A stretch of DNA of 64,000 bases. It comes from Candidatus Spongiisociaceae bacterium (GTDB lineage: Bacteria; Actinomycetota; Acidimicrobiia; Spongiisociales; Spongiisociaceae). A model generated the notes under the pieces. That model was not told the DNA's origin and did no database searches. It saw only the letters and a list, made by a program, of their open reading frames with translations. Location: NCBI GenBank assembly GCA_965243165.1, contig OZ251535.1, positions 1,217,572 through 1,281,571 of the forward strand. Direction: 5' to 3'. The translations under genes and the position numbers were made by a program. Below, piece after piece: positions 9,051-18,455 of this stretch; position 1 is the first letter of the stretch; each line of letters opens with the position of its first letter.

Positions 9051-11924
9051 ATGGCAAGAACCGCAGAACCGCATCTGAACCTGTTGTTGGCCCAGGCGTT
9101 GGGCAGACGGCACCCGCGGTGGAAGGTGAGCGCCGAGCAGACCCGGAGGGTGCGCGGCTCGGCCGGACTCCGCCCCGACATCCTGGTCGAGCATCACCGC
9201 GGACAGCCGCTCGTCATCGAGACGGAGGTCGACCCGGCCTCCACTGTCGAACAGGACGCTTCCGCGCGGCTCGGGATGACCCTCGAACCCGGCGGAAAGC
9301 AGGTGGAACAGGCGGCGGCGCTCCGCATCCCGGCTTCACTCACCTACGTCAACCAACCGAACCTGGAAGGAGCGGTGGAGCAGGCCGATTATCAGTACGC
9401 CGCGATTTCCTTGAACGCCGACCGAAGCCTCACCCGCTGGCCCCGGGCCGGATGGCTGACAGGCGGGATCGACGACCTGGCCAATCTGTGCGAGAACATC
9501 GCTCTGTCGGAACAGGCCCTGGCCGCCGGGCTGGCCCGGTTGGAAGAAGCGGTGGGCGACATCTCCTACCACTTGCGGCGGCAGGTTCCCCAGGGTGTGC
9601 TCGACAAGATGGCGGCGGAACTGCGGCAGGAGGACGGAGAACAGACATCCCGCATGGCCGCCGCCGTCATCCTGAACGCCGTTACCTTCTATACCGCCCT
9701 GGCAGGCCGCCAGGACATTTCCACACTCGAAGAAATGCGCGCTCAACGTTATGGAAGGCTCCAACTGTCGACGTTGTTGAAAAATTGGGAGAAGATACTG
9801 CGCGTCAACTATTGGCCGATCTTCCATATTGCCAAACAGCTGTTGATTCCTATCCCGGTCGCCGAAGCCAACCTGGCGCTGGAGCAAGCCGCCGCCGCGG
9901 CAGAAGATCTAACCGGGATCGGTGTAACCACGATGCACGACCTGGCGGGGCGGATGTTCCAGCAGCTGATCACCGATCGGAAATATCTGGCCACCTTCTA
10001 CACATTGCCTCCTTCGGCGGCGATGATCGCCGAGCTGGCCGCCGCCAAACTCGAAATCGATTGGGCCGACGAAGGCTCGGTGGCCGAGCTGCGGATCGCC
10101 GACCTGGCCTGCGGTACGGGGACCCTCCTCTCCGCGGCCTATCAGGCAGTACGCTCCCGCCACCGCCGGGCCGGGGGCGACGACGCCAGAATTCACGCCC
10201 GGATGATCGAGAGCGGCCTGATCGCGGCCGACGTGATGCCCCAGGCCGCTCACCTGACCGCCTCGATGCTCTCCTCCGCGCATCCGAGCATACCGTTCGA
10301 CAACACGAGGGTTCACACCCTGCCTTACGGCGTCGATGCCAAGGGGACGCACATAGGGTCGCTGGAGCTGTTGGGAGTCAATGCTTTGGCTTCTCTCTTC
10401 CCGACCGGCGAACAACAGGCTCACGGCGCCGGAGGGCAGGGCCTGATGAAGCTGCAGCGGGAAAGCCTCGATCTCGTGATCATGAACCCCCCGTTCACCC
10501 GCCCCACCAATCACGAGTCGGCCGAGGTTCCCCGCCCCGATTTTGCGGGCTTGGGCAACGACGACGAGGCGCAGCAGCTCATGGGCGCTCGGCTCAGACA
10601 GATTCACAAGCTCATGGCCTCGGAAAAACTCTTGCTGGATCCGGTAGGAAACGGCAACGCCGGCCTGGCGTCTTATTTTGCCGATCTCGCCCATCTGAAG
10701 TTGAAGGAAGGTGGGGTGATGGCGTTGGTGCTTCCCTTCTCCGCAATAGCAGGAAGGTCTTGGAAGAAACTGAGGGCCATGCTGGCCGGCAATTACACCG
10801 ACGCAACGGTGGTGTCCATCGCCGCCGCCGGTTCGACCGACCGGGCCTTCTCGGCGGACACCGGGATGGCGGACGCGGTGATAACAGCCAAGAAGAAAAC
10901 CAAGAGAGGCAGCAACAAGACGCTGTATGTGAACCTGCATCGCCGCCCGGAGAGTATTCCCGAAGCGGTTGAGCTGGCGCGTTCGGCGTCCCGTACCGAT
11001 CCGGAGGAGGAAGGCGGCTATCTGACGGCGGGCGATGATCTGGCCGGTATGTGGATGCAGGGGTCGCTCGTCGGGGATGGAGGCATGGCCGCCGTCTCCC
11101 GGCCGGGCGCGGCGGTCACCATGTCGCGCCTTCCGGGCGGCAGGCTGGTGCTGCCCCGCCGCGCCCGGCCGCTCCGCCTCCCGATGACCACCCTGGCCCA
11201 GGTAGGCCGGGAGGGGTTGGTTCACCGCGATATAGGCGTCAAGCCCGGCGCGATGGGAGACATACGCGGGCCCTTCGATATCCATCCGATGTCGGGTGTT
11301 CCTGACTATCCGGTGCTTTGGGCCCACTCGGCCGGCCGCGAGCGGCGGCTCGTAGTCGAACCGGACAGTGAGGGCAGGGTCAGGCGGGGTCAGGCGGTGA
11401 AAGCGGCCGAGGTGTGGAAGAGGACCGCCGCCCGGTTGCATTTCAACCTCGATTTTCGGTTGAATTCCCAGAGTCTGGCGGCCTGCTTCACTACCGAGCC
11501 GGTCATCGGCGGGCGCGCCTGGCCCAGCTTCGAACCCCGCGAGGAACGGTGGGCCCTGCCCCTTTTGTTGTGGGCCAACACCACCTTGGGCTTGATGTGC
11601 TTCTGGTGGACCGGTACCCGGCAGCACCAAGGCCGGGTCTGTCTCACTATCACCGCCCTCCCCGACCTGCCGGTGTTGGACCCCCGGCGGCTCGACGGCG
11701 GCCGGCTGGAGGCGGCGGAGGGCATATTCGAAGTCTTCCGGGGCCGCGAGCTGCTCCCTGCCAACGAGGCCTACCGCGACGCGGCCCGCCGGAGCCTCGA
11801 CCGCGCCGTCCTCGTCGATCTGCTGGGCCTGCCCGAAGAGATTCTCGGTTCCTTGGACGTCCTGCGCCGGCAGTGGTGCTCCGAACCGTCCGTCCACGGC
11901 GGCAAATCCACCCGCCCGGACTGA
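9051..11924 (+). CDS. Large nuclease/N6-adenine DNA methyltransferase fusion protein (type IIG/IIL-like restriction-modification enzyme candidate)
   Basis: 957 aa. The N-terminus has a PD-(D/E)xK-like signature (RPDILVEHHRGQPLVIETEVD). The central region has gamma-class MTase motif I (IADLACGTGTLL) and motif IV (LVIMNPPFTRP). An about 400 aa C-terminal region is a possible target-recognition domain. Confidence 0.6.
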   Translation: MARTAEPHLNLLLAQALGRRHPRWKVSAEQTRRVRGSAGLRPDILVEHHRGQPLVIETEVDPASTVEQDASARLGMTLEPGGKQVEQAAALRIPASLTYVNQPNLEGAVEQADYQYAAISLNADRSLTRWPRAGWLTGGIDDLANLCENIALSEQALAAGLARLEEAVGDISYHLRRQVPQGVLDKMAAELRQEDGEQTSRMAAAVILNAVTFYTALAGRQDISTLEEMRAQRYGRLQLSTLLKNWEKILRVNYWPIFHIAKQLLIPIPVAEANLALEQAAAAAEDLTGIGVTTMHDLAGRMFQQLITDRKYLATFYTLPPSAAMIAELAAAKLEIDWADEGSVAELRIADLACGTGTLLSAAYQAVRSRHRRAGGDDARIHARMIESGLIAADVMPQAAHLTASMLSSAHPSIPFDNTRVHTLPYGVDAKGTHIGSLELLGVNALASLFPTGEQQAHGAGGQGLMKLQRESLDLVIMNPPFTRPTNHESAEVPRPDFAGLGNDDEAQQLMGARLRQIHKLMASEKLLLDPVGNGNAGLASYFADLAHLKLKEGGVMALVLPFSAIAGRSWKKLRAMLAGNYTDATVVSIAAAGSTDRAFSADTGMADAVITAKKKTKRGSNKTLYVNLHRRPESIPEAVELARSASRTDPEEEGGYLTAGDDLAGMWMQGSLVGDGGMAAVSRPGAAVTMSRLPGGRLVLPRRARPLRLPMTTLAQVGREGLVHRDIGVKPGAMGDIRGPFDIHPMSGVPDYPVLWAHSAGRERRLVVEPDSEGRVRRGQAVKAAEVWKRTAARLHFNLDFRLNSQSLAACFTTEPVIGGRAWPSFEPREERWALPLLLWANTTLGLMCFWWTGTRQHQGRVCLTITALPDLPVLDPRRLDGGRLEAAEGIFEVFRGRELLPANEAYRDAARRSLDRAVLVDLLGLPEEILGSLDVLRRQWCSEPSVHGGKSTRPD

Positions 11925-11966
11925 CCCCGCCTTGGGGGGAGGTTTGTGTCACACCTCCTCTGTACC

Positions 11967-12971
11967 ATGAACCTCATGACTGTTTCGGATGCATCCGCCG
12001 CCGGTTTCTACGACCGGCTCCATGTCGAGAGCTGGGCGCCCGAATACGGCCCTTCGCTGGAGGCCTCCGACGACGATGCAGGCCCGGTTTCTCCGGTCGA
12101 CCCCACTGTGGAAGCCGAGGACTGGAAGCCCTTCGCGGGCGGCGCCGGGGGCGCGCCCGGCCGGGTGGTGTTCGTGGACGGGGTGCGGCGCATCGAGGCC
12201 CGACTGACCTTGGACCATCCGGTCGAAGGTCCGGTGCCGGGCATCCTGGGGGCGTTCGGGGTGGGGGCGGTGATATGGGACCGGGCAGCCCGGCGTTCCA
12301 GCTTCACCGAGTTGACAGTCGAGCGGCTGGCGGTCATGGCCAAGGGGCTGGCAGTGGACATCGACCGCATCGGCGGCCTTCCCGTTTCCCCCGAATCGAC
12401 GCCGGGCGGCGGCCCGTCCGATTTGACGGCCCACCTCCAGCAGCGGATGCGCAGAGCCGAAGGCAGGCTCGCCGACTCCTTCGCCGGCCCCGATTGCCTG
12501 GTGGTTGCCGACGGCCCTTTCCGCGAGCTGCGCGCCCGGCCGGTGGTCGGTTACATCAAGACGCATCAGACCTCCTACCTGGATGAGGAGCACGGCGCCC
12601 TGATAGGCCGGTTGGGGGCGGGCCAACGCACCCCGCTCTTCCTGATCGACGCCGAACGCCACCCCCGCTACTCCTGGTATCTGCGGCTGGCCGATCTGCC
12701 GGGCGGCCATTCGTGGACCGGGGTGGTGCGCTGCGAGGCGGCCGCCTCCCTCGGGGTCGACCGGGCGGCGGAGATGGCGGGCTGGACGGCCGCCCTCCTG
12801 CCCCGGCTGGCCTCCGAAGGCCACATCGACCGGCGGGCGCCCCAGAACCTGGTGCCGATCGCCGCCCTCGAGCGGGAGCTGCGCAAACACATGGGCGACC
12901 AGAACCTGGCCGAACGCGCCCTGCGCACCGCAGTGCGCCGCCTCCGTCTAGCCGGCGCCGGCGCAGGATAG
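11967..12971 (+). CDS. nurA: NurA-like 5'-3' nuclease (HerA partner)
   Basis: About 335 aa with a VVFVDGVRRIEA segment resembling the NurA catalytic (I/V)DGS region, sitting immediately upstream (10-bp gap) of a HerA-like ATPase. Start uncertain (ATG 11946, 11967 or 11976). Confidence 0.5.
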   Translation: MNLMTVSDASAAGFYDRLHVESWAPEYGPSLEASDDDAGPVSPVDPTVEAEDWKPFAGGAGGAPGRVVFVDGVRRIEARLTLDHPVEGPVPGILGAFGVGAVIWDRAARRSSFTELTVERLAVMAKGLAVDIDRIGGLPVSPESTPGGGPSDLTAHLQQRMRRAEGRLADSFAGPDCLVVADGPFRELRARPVVGYIKTHQTSYLDEEHGALIGRLGAGQRTPLFLIDAERHPRYSWYLRLADLPGGHSWTGVVRCEAAASLGVDRAAEMAGWTAALLPRLASEGHIDRRAPQNLVPIAALERELRKHMGDQNLAERALRTAVRRLRLAGAGAG

Positions 12972-12981
12972 GAGGCCGGCG

Positions 12982-14727
12982 ATGCCAGACCGACGAGACC
13001 GGAGCGGCCCCCGCCCGGTGGGGAGGGTGATCTCCTCGGAGCACACCAACACCCAGGAGTTCCGGGTGGTGCTGAACGACGACAGCTACCTCCAGCTCGA
13101 TGACCTGGTGGTGCTGGAGACCGAGGTGCCGGGGGCGGGGACGGTCCGCACCTACGGTGTGGTTACCGAATCTCAGGCCGTCTACGAGGGGGCGCAGTAC
13201 GAATCCGACACCTTCCGCATCGCCGAGGAGGGCATCCTCCCCGCCGCCAAGATCCGGTCGGCGCAGGCGGCGGTAACCAGGGTCGACCCGGAGCTGTGGG
13301 TGGCGCCCGACCCGGGCGGCGAGGTTCACCGCGCCGCCGGCGAACAGCGCGACAAGGCCCTCTACAAGGACGAAATGGGCCGCCCCCTGCCGGTCGGGAT
13401 CGGGCGCGACATGGAACCCGTGTACGCGGACCTCGACTTCTTCGACGGGCGCAAGGGCGGCCACATGTCGATCTCGGGCATCTCGGGGGTGGCCACCAAG
13501 ACCTCCTACGCCCTGTTCTTCCTGCGCATGCTCACCGCCCGCCCTGCTCTGGTGGGGGAGGGGGCCGCCAACCTGCGGATCCTGGTGTTCAACGTCAAGG
13601 GCGAGGATCTGCTGTGGCTCGACAAGCCCAACCGCTTCCTCGACCAGGATGCAGTGGACGCCTGGAACATCTTGGAGGTGGAACCGGCCCCCTTCCCGCA
13701 GGTGAGCTTCTGGGCGCCGCCCCGCCCCCGGTCCGGGGACGCGGTGCTCCCCGACACGGGCGGGCGGATGGAGGGGATCGAGGCCTTCGCGTGGACGCCC
13801 CGGGAGTTCATCGAGGAGGGCCTGTTGGCCTTCCTGTTCACCGACGCCTCCGACTACAGCAACCAGATCTCCTTCGTGGAGGAACGGGTGCGCGCCCAGT
13901 TGCGGCGGCGGGCGGCGGACGTCGCCGGTGAACCGGGGGCGGTGGTGCTGCGCCCGCCGCCCGACGGGGGCTGGCGCGGCCAACAGGTCCGCCCCGACCA
14001 GGGGGAACGGGTGATCCGCACCCTGGCCGACCTCGTAGAGGCCTTGGACGAATACCTCGACCCCCCCGACGGTTCGGACCCCGACCCGGCCTGGTCGGGC
14101 CGCACCCAGACGGGGACCATCTCGGCTTTCATGCGCCGCCTCCATTCCGCCTCCCACCGGCTCGGCCACCTGGTGCGGGCGGGGCCGAGCCGCCGCATCG
14201 ACCGCCATGCCGCCCAGGTAACCGTGGTCTCCATCCAGACCCTCCACGATCTGGGGCAGCGCTTCGTGGTGGGCGCCCTGCTCAAGGAGGCCTTCGAGGA
14301 GAAGGAGAAGACCGGGCACCGTCTGCCGCTGTCGGTGATCGTGCTCGACGAGCTCAACAAGTACGCCCCGCGGGAGGGCCGCAGTCCGCTCAAGGAGATG
14401 CTGATCGACATCGCTCAACGGGGCCGCTCTCTAGGGGTGCTGCTGGTGGGCGCCCAGCAGACCGCCTCGCGGGTGGCGCCCGAAGTGCTGGAGAACGCCG
14501 CCCTGCGGGTGGCCGGACGCCTCGACGCCGCCGAAGCCGCCCGGTCCGAATACGGATGGATGCTCCCCTCCACCCGCGCCCGGGCCCGCCTCCTGAAACC
14601 GGGCACCATGGTGCTTTCCCAGCCCGCCATCCCGGTGCCCCTGGTGCTCACCTTTCCGTTCCCGGCCTGGGCCACCCGCCGGGAGGAAGCCGAAAACCCG
14701 GGCGAAAACCCCTTCGAGGGCCTTTAG
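12982..14727 (+). CDS. herA: HerA-like FtsK/HerA-superfamily ATPase (DUF87), deviant P-loop
   Basis: 581 aa. N-terminal HAS-barrel-like region, then HMSISGISGVATKTS (aligns to the HerA H-x-A-I-x-G-x-T-G-S-G-K-S block but has T/A where canonical G residues are expected) and a Walker B LSVIVLDELNKYAP. Confidence 0.65.
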   Translation: MPDRRDRSGPRPVGRVISSEHTNTQEFRVVLNDDSYLQLDDLVVLETEVPGAGTVRTYGVVTESQAVYEGAQYESDTFRIAEEGILPAAKIRSAQAAVTRVDPELWVAPDPGGEVHRAAGEQRDKALYKDEMGRPLPVGIGRDMEPVYADLDFFDGRKGGHMSISGISGVATKTSYALFFLRMLTARPALVGEGAANLRILVFNVKGEDLLWLDKPNRFLDQDAVDAWNILEVEPAPFPQVSFWAPPRPRSGDAVLPDTGGRMEGIEAFAWTPREFIEEGLLAFLFTDASDYSNQISFVEERVRAQLRRRAADVAGEPGAVVLRPPPDGGWRGQQVRPDQGERVIRTLADLVEALDEYLDPPDGSDPDPAWSGRTQTGTISAFMRRLHSASHRLGHLVRAGPSRRIDRHAAQVTVVSIQTLHDLGQRFVVGALLKEAFEEKEKTGHRLPLSVIVLDELNKYAPREGRSPLKEMLIDIAQRGRSLGVLLVGAQQTASRVAPEVLENAALRVAGRLDAAEAARSEYGWMLPSTRARARLLKPGTMVLSQPAIPVPLVLTFPFPAWATRREEAENPGENPFEGL

Positions 14728-14742
14728 GCGGAGCGGGGGCAG

Positions 14743-15912
14743 ATGCGCATCCTCCATACCTCCGACTGGCACATCGGCAAGAAGATCGGCCGCTTCGACC
14801 GCCTCGACGAATACCGGGAGGTCATCGACGAGGTAGCGGACGCAGCCGAGCGGGAACAGGTCGACCTGGTGGTCCACAGCGGCGACGTGTTCGACCGGCC
14901 CATCCCTCCGATGGCCTCCCTCGCCCTCGGCCTGGAGGGCCTGGTCCGGCTGACCGGCGGGGGGAAGAGGCCGGCGGCGGTCATCGCCGGCAACCACGAC
15001 TCGCCCGCCCTGTTCGAGATATTGGCGGAGTTCATGGCCGCCCGCAATGTGCATCTGGTGGGGGAGATCAAACCCCCGGACGAGGGCGGGGTGCTCGAGC
15101 TCGACACTCCTGGCGGGCGGGCGGTGGTTTCATGTTTCCCGTTCTTGAGGGAGGGCCGGGCCTTCAACGTGTGGACGCCGCCCGGCGGTCAGTACAAGAA
15201 GTACGCCGACCGGCTGGGGAGCATCGCCAAGGCCTACGCCGAGTCCGCCCACCGGAAGGCGGGCGGCGGTGCGGTTACGGTGCTGGCCGCCCATTTCCTG
15301 GTGGGGGGCGCCAAGGTGCACGGCCACGGCGCTCCCAGGGGGGAGCGGGCCCTCCACATGGGCGAGGTCTACGCCGCCGATCCCCGGGCCATCCCGCCCG
15401 GCCCCCAGTATGTGGCGCTCGGCCATATCCACGCCCCGCAGCGGGCGCCGGGGGCGGCGGCCCCGGCCGAGTACGCCGGCTCGCTCCTGGAGCTCGACTT
15501 CGGCGAGGCGGGGGAGCAGAAGCGGGTGGTGGTGGTGGACGTCGAGCCCGGCCTCCCCGCCCAGGTGCGCTCGGTCCCGCTGGCGGGCGGCCGCCGGCTG
15601 CTGCGCCCGGCCGGAACCTGGGAGGAGATCGAAGATATGGAGGGCCTCGACGAGGCGTTCCTCGACCTCACGGTGCACACCGAAGGCCCTGACCCGGGGC
15701 TGGCCGACCGGGCCCGGGAGCGGTTCCCCTATCTGGTCAAGGTGCGGGCCGAGTATCCGAAGGCCGAGTCGGAGCGGCGCTCGCGGGAGGGGCGGGCCGT
15801 CTCCGACCTGTACGGGGACTACTACCGGCGCATCGAGGGGGTCGAACCTCCGGAGGAGCTCATCGAGGCGCTGCGGAAGCTGATGGAGGAGGAGGCCGGT
15901 GCGCCCGCTTGA
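14743..15912 (+). CDS. sbcD: Exonuclease SbcD / Mre11 family nuclease
   Basis: MRILHTSDWHIG... calcineurin-like phosphoesterase motifs (GDVFD, GNHD, GHIH). 389 aa. Confidence 0.85.
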   Translation: MRILHTSDWHIGKKIGRFDRLDEYREVIDEVADAAEREQVDLVVHSGDVFDRPIPPMASLALGLEGLVRLTGGGKRPAAVIAGNHDSPALFEILAEFMAARNVHLVGEIKPPDEGGVLELDTPGGRAVVSCFPFLREGRAFNVWTPPGGQYKKYADRLGSIAKAYAESAHRKAGGGAVTVLAAHFLVGGAKVHGHGAPRGERALHMGEVYAADPRAIPPGPQYVALGHIHAPQRAPGAAAPAEYAGSLLELDFGEAGEQKRVVVVDVEPGLPAQVRSVPLAGGRRLLRPAGTWEEIEDMEGLDEAFLDLTVHTEGPDPGLADRARERFPYLVKVRAEYPKAESERRSREGRAVSDLYGDYYRRIEGVEPPEELIEALRKLMEEEAGAPA

Positions 15913-18436
15913 ACTTCGTCTTCGGAACTTCCGGTCTTTCCGCGGGGAGGGCCACACCTTCGACTTCCGCGGACGGCGTCTGATCGGGGTGGTGGGTCCG
16001 ATCGGCTCGGGCAAGAGCACCATCCTCGATGCGATCGCCTTCGCCCTCTACGGCTGCACCCCCCGCATCAACAGAGAAACCAGGTCGCTCATCCACCAGC
16101 AGGCCGACCACGCGGCGGCGGCGCTGCGGTTCGAAGTCGATGGGGAAGTATGGGAGGCGGTCCGCAACCTGCGGCGGAGCGGCCAGAGCCAGCACGCCCT
16201 GTACAAGCTGTCGGCCGACGAACCGGACGCCGGCGAGGTCGAGAAGGTGTTGCAGCAGCGGGAGGTGAATGCCCGGGTCCAGGAGCTGCTCGGCCTGGAC
16301 TTTCCGGGGTTCAGCCGGTCGGTGCTGCTGGCTCAGGGCCGATTTGCCGAGTTCCTGAACGCCCGCCCGGCGGAGAGGGACAAGGTGCTCAAGGGGGTGT
16401 TCGGCTACGAACGAATCGGCTTGATCCGCGATCTCGCCCGCCGAGCCGCCGCCGCCGGAAAGCACGAGATCGAAAAGCTGGACATCCGCTTGGAGAACGC
16501 CCGGGCGGCGGAAGAACGCCTGTCGAAGCGCCGGGAAGAGCTGGCCGCCGCCGCCGGCCGTCTGGCGGAGCTGGAGAAAGTGCGGCCCGCGTTCGACGAA
16601 CTGGCCGAGCGCATCCGCGCCGCTTCCGAGAAGAGGGGCAAAGCCGAAGACCAGCTGGCCGAACTCCGCCGCCGGGCAAAGGATCTGCCCAACAAGACCA
16701 AGGCGGAGCGCAGCCTGAAAAAGGCCCGCAAGGTGCGCGCCCTGCGGTCCGAGGCCGAGCGGAAGCTGGCGGCCGCCGAGCAGGGGGCGGCCGAGGCGAA
16801 GGAGGCGGCCGAGGCCGAGCGGGTGGAGGAGCGCGAGCAGAGTTGGAACGAAGCCAACCGCTTGGTGGTGCGGCTGGAGGACCGTCAGAAGGCGGCCGAA
16901 GAAGCGTCCGCAGCTGCGGCCAAAGCAGCCGCCGAGGTCGCGGAGGGTGAGAAGTCGGTCGAGGCCGCCCGGTCGAAGCTGGCCTCCGCCGAGGCGGGCT
17001 TCGCCCGCGCCGAAGCGGCCGCGCAGGAAGCCGACGCCGATCTGAGCCGGGCCGAGAAGCTGCTGCAGGACGCCCGGCGCGCCGACATGGCCGGCTCGCT
17101 GCGGGAACAGCTGGCCGAAGGGGACGACTGCCCGGTGTGCGAACAACCCGTGCTTCGGGTTCCCCCCGTTGCCGCCGCCGGCGCCGCAGCCGCCGAGAAG
17201 GCCGTGAAGCAAGCGCGCTCCGCGCAGAAGGGATCGGCGGACCGCCTCCGCACCGCCGCCGGAGCCCTCGGGGCGGCCAAAGCCGCTCTCGAAGGGAAGG
17301 AGCAGCGCCTCGACGGATTCCGCCGCCGGGTCGAGGCGGCGCGGGAAGCGGAAGCCGAACGAAGCGCCCTTCTCGACCGCAGCCGCCGCGAGATGGACCG
17401 CCTGCTGGGCGAGGGCGACCCCGCCGCCCTGCTGAAGGCGGAACGGGCCGCCCTGAATGCTTTTCACAGCAGGGCGGCCGAGGCCCGGCGGGTACTGGAG
17501 GCCGCACAGAAAAGGTTCAACAAAGCCGGCGCGGAGGAGAAGCAGGCGCAGCGGGCGGTGGCGGATCTGCGCATCCGGATCGCCGCCCTCGCCGCCCGGC
17601 TGCCGGCCGGCCCGGAGGTTTCAGAGGACGACCCCGAGGCGGTCAGGGCGGCGTTGACGGCCCTCCACGCCGACTGGAAACAGGTCACATCTGATCTGCA
17701 GCGGGCGGCGGCGGAGGCGAGAACCGAAGCCGAGGCGGAAGCCGCCCGGCTGGCCGAGCTGCGGGCGGAGCACGGTGTCGAGGGTTCGATAGAGGAGGCC
17801 TCGGCCGCGGCCGGCGCCAAACGCGAACAGCTCGAGGCCTACATCGAACAGGACGAACAGCTGCTGGCCGGCGCGAAGGAGCTGGCGGCGGAGAAAAAGG
17901 CCCATCGCGCCGAGGTCCGTTTGCACGAGCGGCTGGTCAAGGATCTGACCGACGCCCGTTTCGTCCGCTTCCTGTTGGACGAAGAGCGGGCGGCGCTGGC
18001 CGGTCTGGGTTCGGAGCACTTCGAGCGGCTGTCGTCGGGCCGGTACCGCTTCACCGAGGACGGTGAGTTCTCGGTGGTGGACCTCAACGCCGCCGAGGCG
18101 GTGCGGCGGGCGGACAGCCTGTCGGGCGGCGAGACCTTCCTGGCGTCGCTGGGGCTGGCGCTCGGTCTGGCCGAGATGGTGGGGCGCCGGGGCGGCCGCT
18201 TGGACGCCTTCTTCTTGGACGAAGGCTTCGGCGCCCTCGACCCCGAGCACCTGGACCTGGCGATGGAGGGCATCGAGTCCCTGGTGTCCGCCCGCGAGCA
18301 ACGCCTGGTGGTGGTGGTTTCCCACATCCCCGAAGTCCAGAACCGCATCGAAGACCTGATCGTGCTCGGCAACCACCCCATCACCGGCGACTCGAAGGTG
18401 GTGTCCGGCGGAGCCGGCCGGCCGCAGCCTTCTTGA
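15899..18436 (+). CDS. sbcC: Exonuclease SbcC / Rad50-like SMC ATPase
   Basis: N-terminal Walker A GPIGSGKSTILDAIAFALYG, a long coiled-coil with a CPVC zinc-hook, and a C-terminal signature LSGGETF plus D-loop. Overlaps the sbcD stop by 14 nt. Confidence 0.85.
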   Translation: MRPLELRLRNFRSFRGEGHTFDFRGRRLIGVVGPIGSGKSTILDAIAFALYGCTPRINRETRSLIHQQADHAAAALRFEVDGEVWEAVRNLRRSGQSQHALYKLSADEPDAGEVEKVLQQREVNARVQELLGLDFPGFSRSVLLAQGRFAEFLNARPAERDKVLKGVFGYERIGLIRDLARRAAAAGKHEIEKLDIRLENARAAEERLSKRREELAAAAGRLAELEKVRPAFDELAERIRAASEKRGKAEDQLAELRRRAKDLPNKTKAERSLKKARKVRALRSEAERKLAAAEQGAAEAKEAAEAERVEEREQSWNEANRLVVRLEDRQKAAEEASAAAAKAAAEVAEGEKSVEAARSKLASAEAGFARAEAAAQEADADLSRAEKLLQDARRADMAGSLREQLAEGDDCPVCEQPVLRVPPVAAAGAAAAEKAVKQARSAQKGSADRLRTAAGALGAAKAALEGKEQRLDGFRRRVEAAREAEAERSALLDRSRREMDRLLGEGDPAALLKAERAALNAFHSRAAEARRVLEAAQKRFNKAGAEEKQAQRAVADLRIRIAALAARLPAGPEVSEDDPEAVRAALTALHADWKQVTSDLQRAAAEARTEAEAEAARLAELRAEHGVEGSIEEASAAAGAKREQLEAYIEQDEQLLAGAKELAAEKKAHRAEVRLHERLVKDLTDARFVRFLLDEERAALAGLGSEHFERLSSGRYRFTEDGEFSVVDLNAAEAVRRADSLSGGETFLASLGLALGLAEMVGRRGGRLDAFFLDEGFGALDPEHLDLAMEGIESLVSAREQRLVVVVSHIPEVQNRIEDLIVLGNHPITGDSKVVSGGAGRPQPS

Positions 18437-18455
18437 CCTGCGCCGGATCACCGGC

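Noticed and set aside
7381-9078. 565 aa + strand ORF and 7502-8746 - strand ORF overlapping the PQQ dehydrogenase gene
   Set aside because: Alternative-frame or antisense artefacts (RRP/GRR-rich). The lipoprotein frame has a signal peptide and family motifs.
8877-9197. Small ORFs (61-106 aa) inside the 8837-9050 intergenic region
   Set aside because: They overlap the predicted promoter gap and the start of the MTase gene, with no family signal.
9909-11897. 662 aa - strand ORF antisense to the nuclease/MTase gene
   Set aside because: Low-complexity product. The sense frame carries clear MTase motifs I and IV.
12556-14418. 620 aa - strand ORF antisense to herA
   Set aside because: Low-complexity high-GC artefact.
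15860-17507. 535 aa and 372 aa - strand ORFs antisense to sbcC
   Set aside because: The coiled-coil coding region of sbcC is Ala/Glu/Arg-rich, so its reverse strand gives long open frames. No features recognisable.
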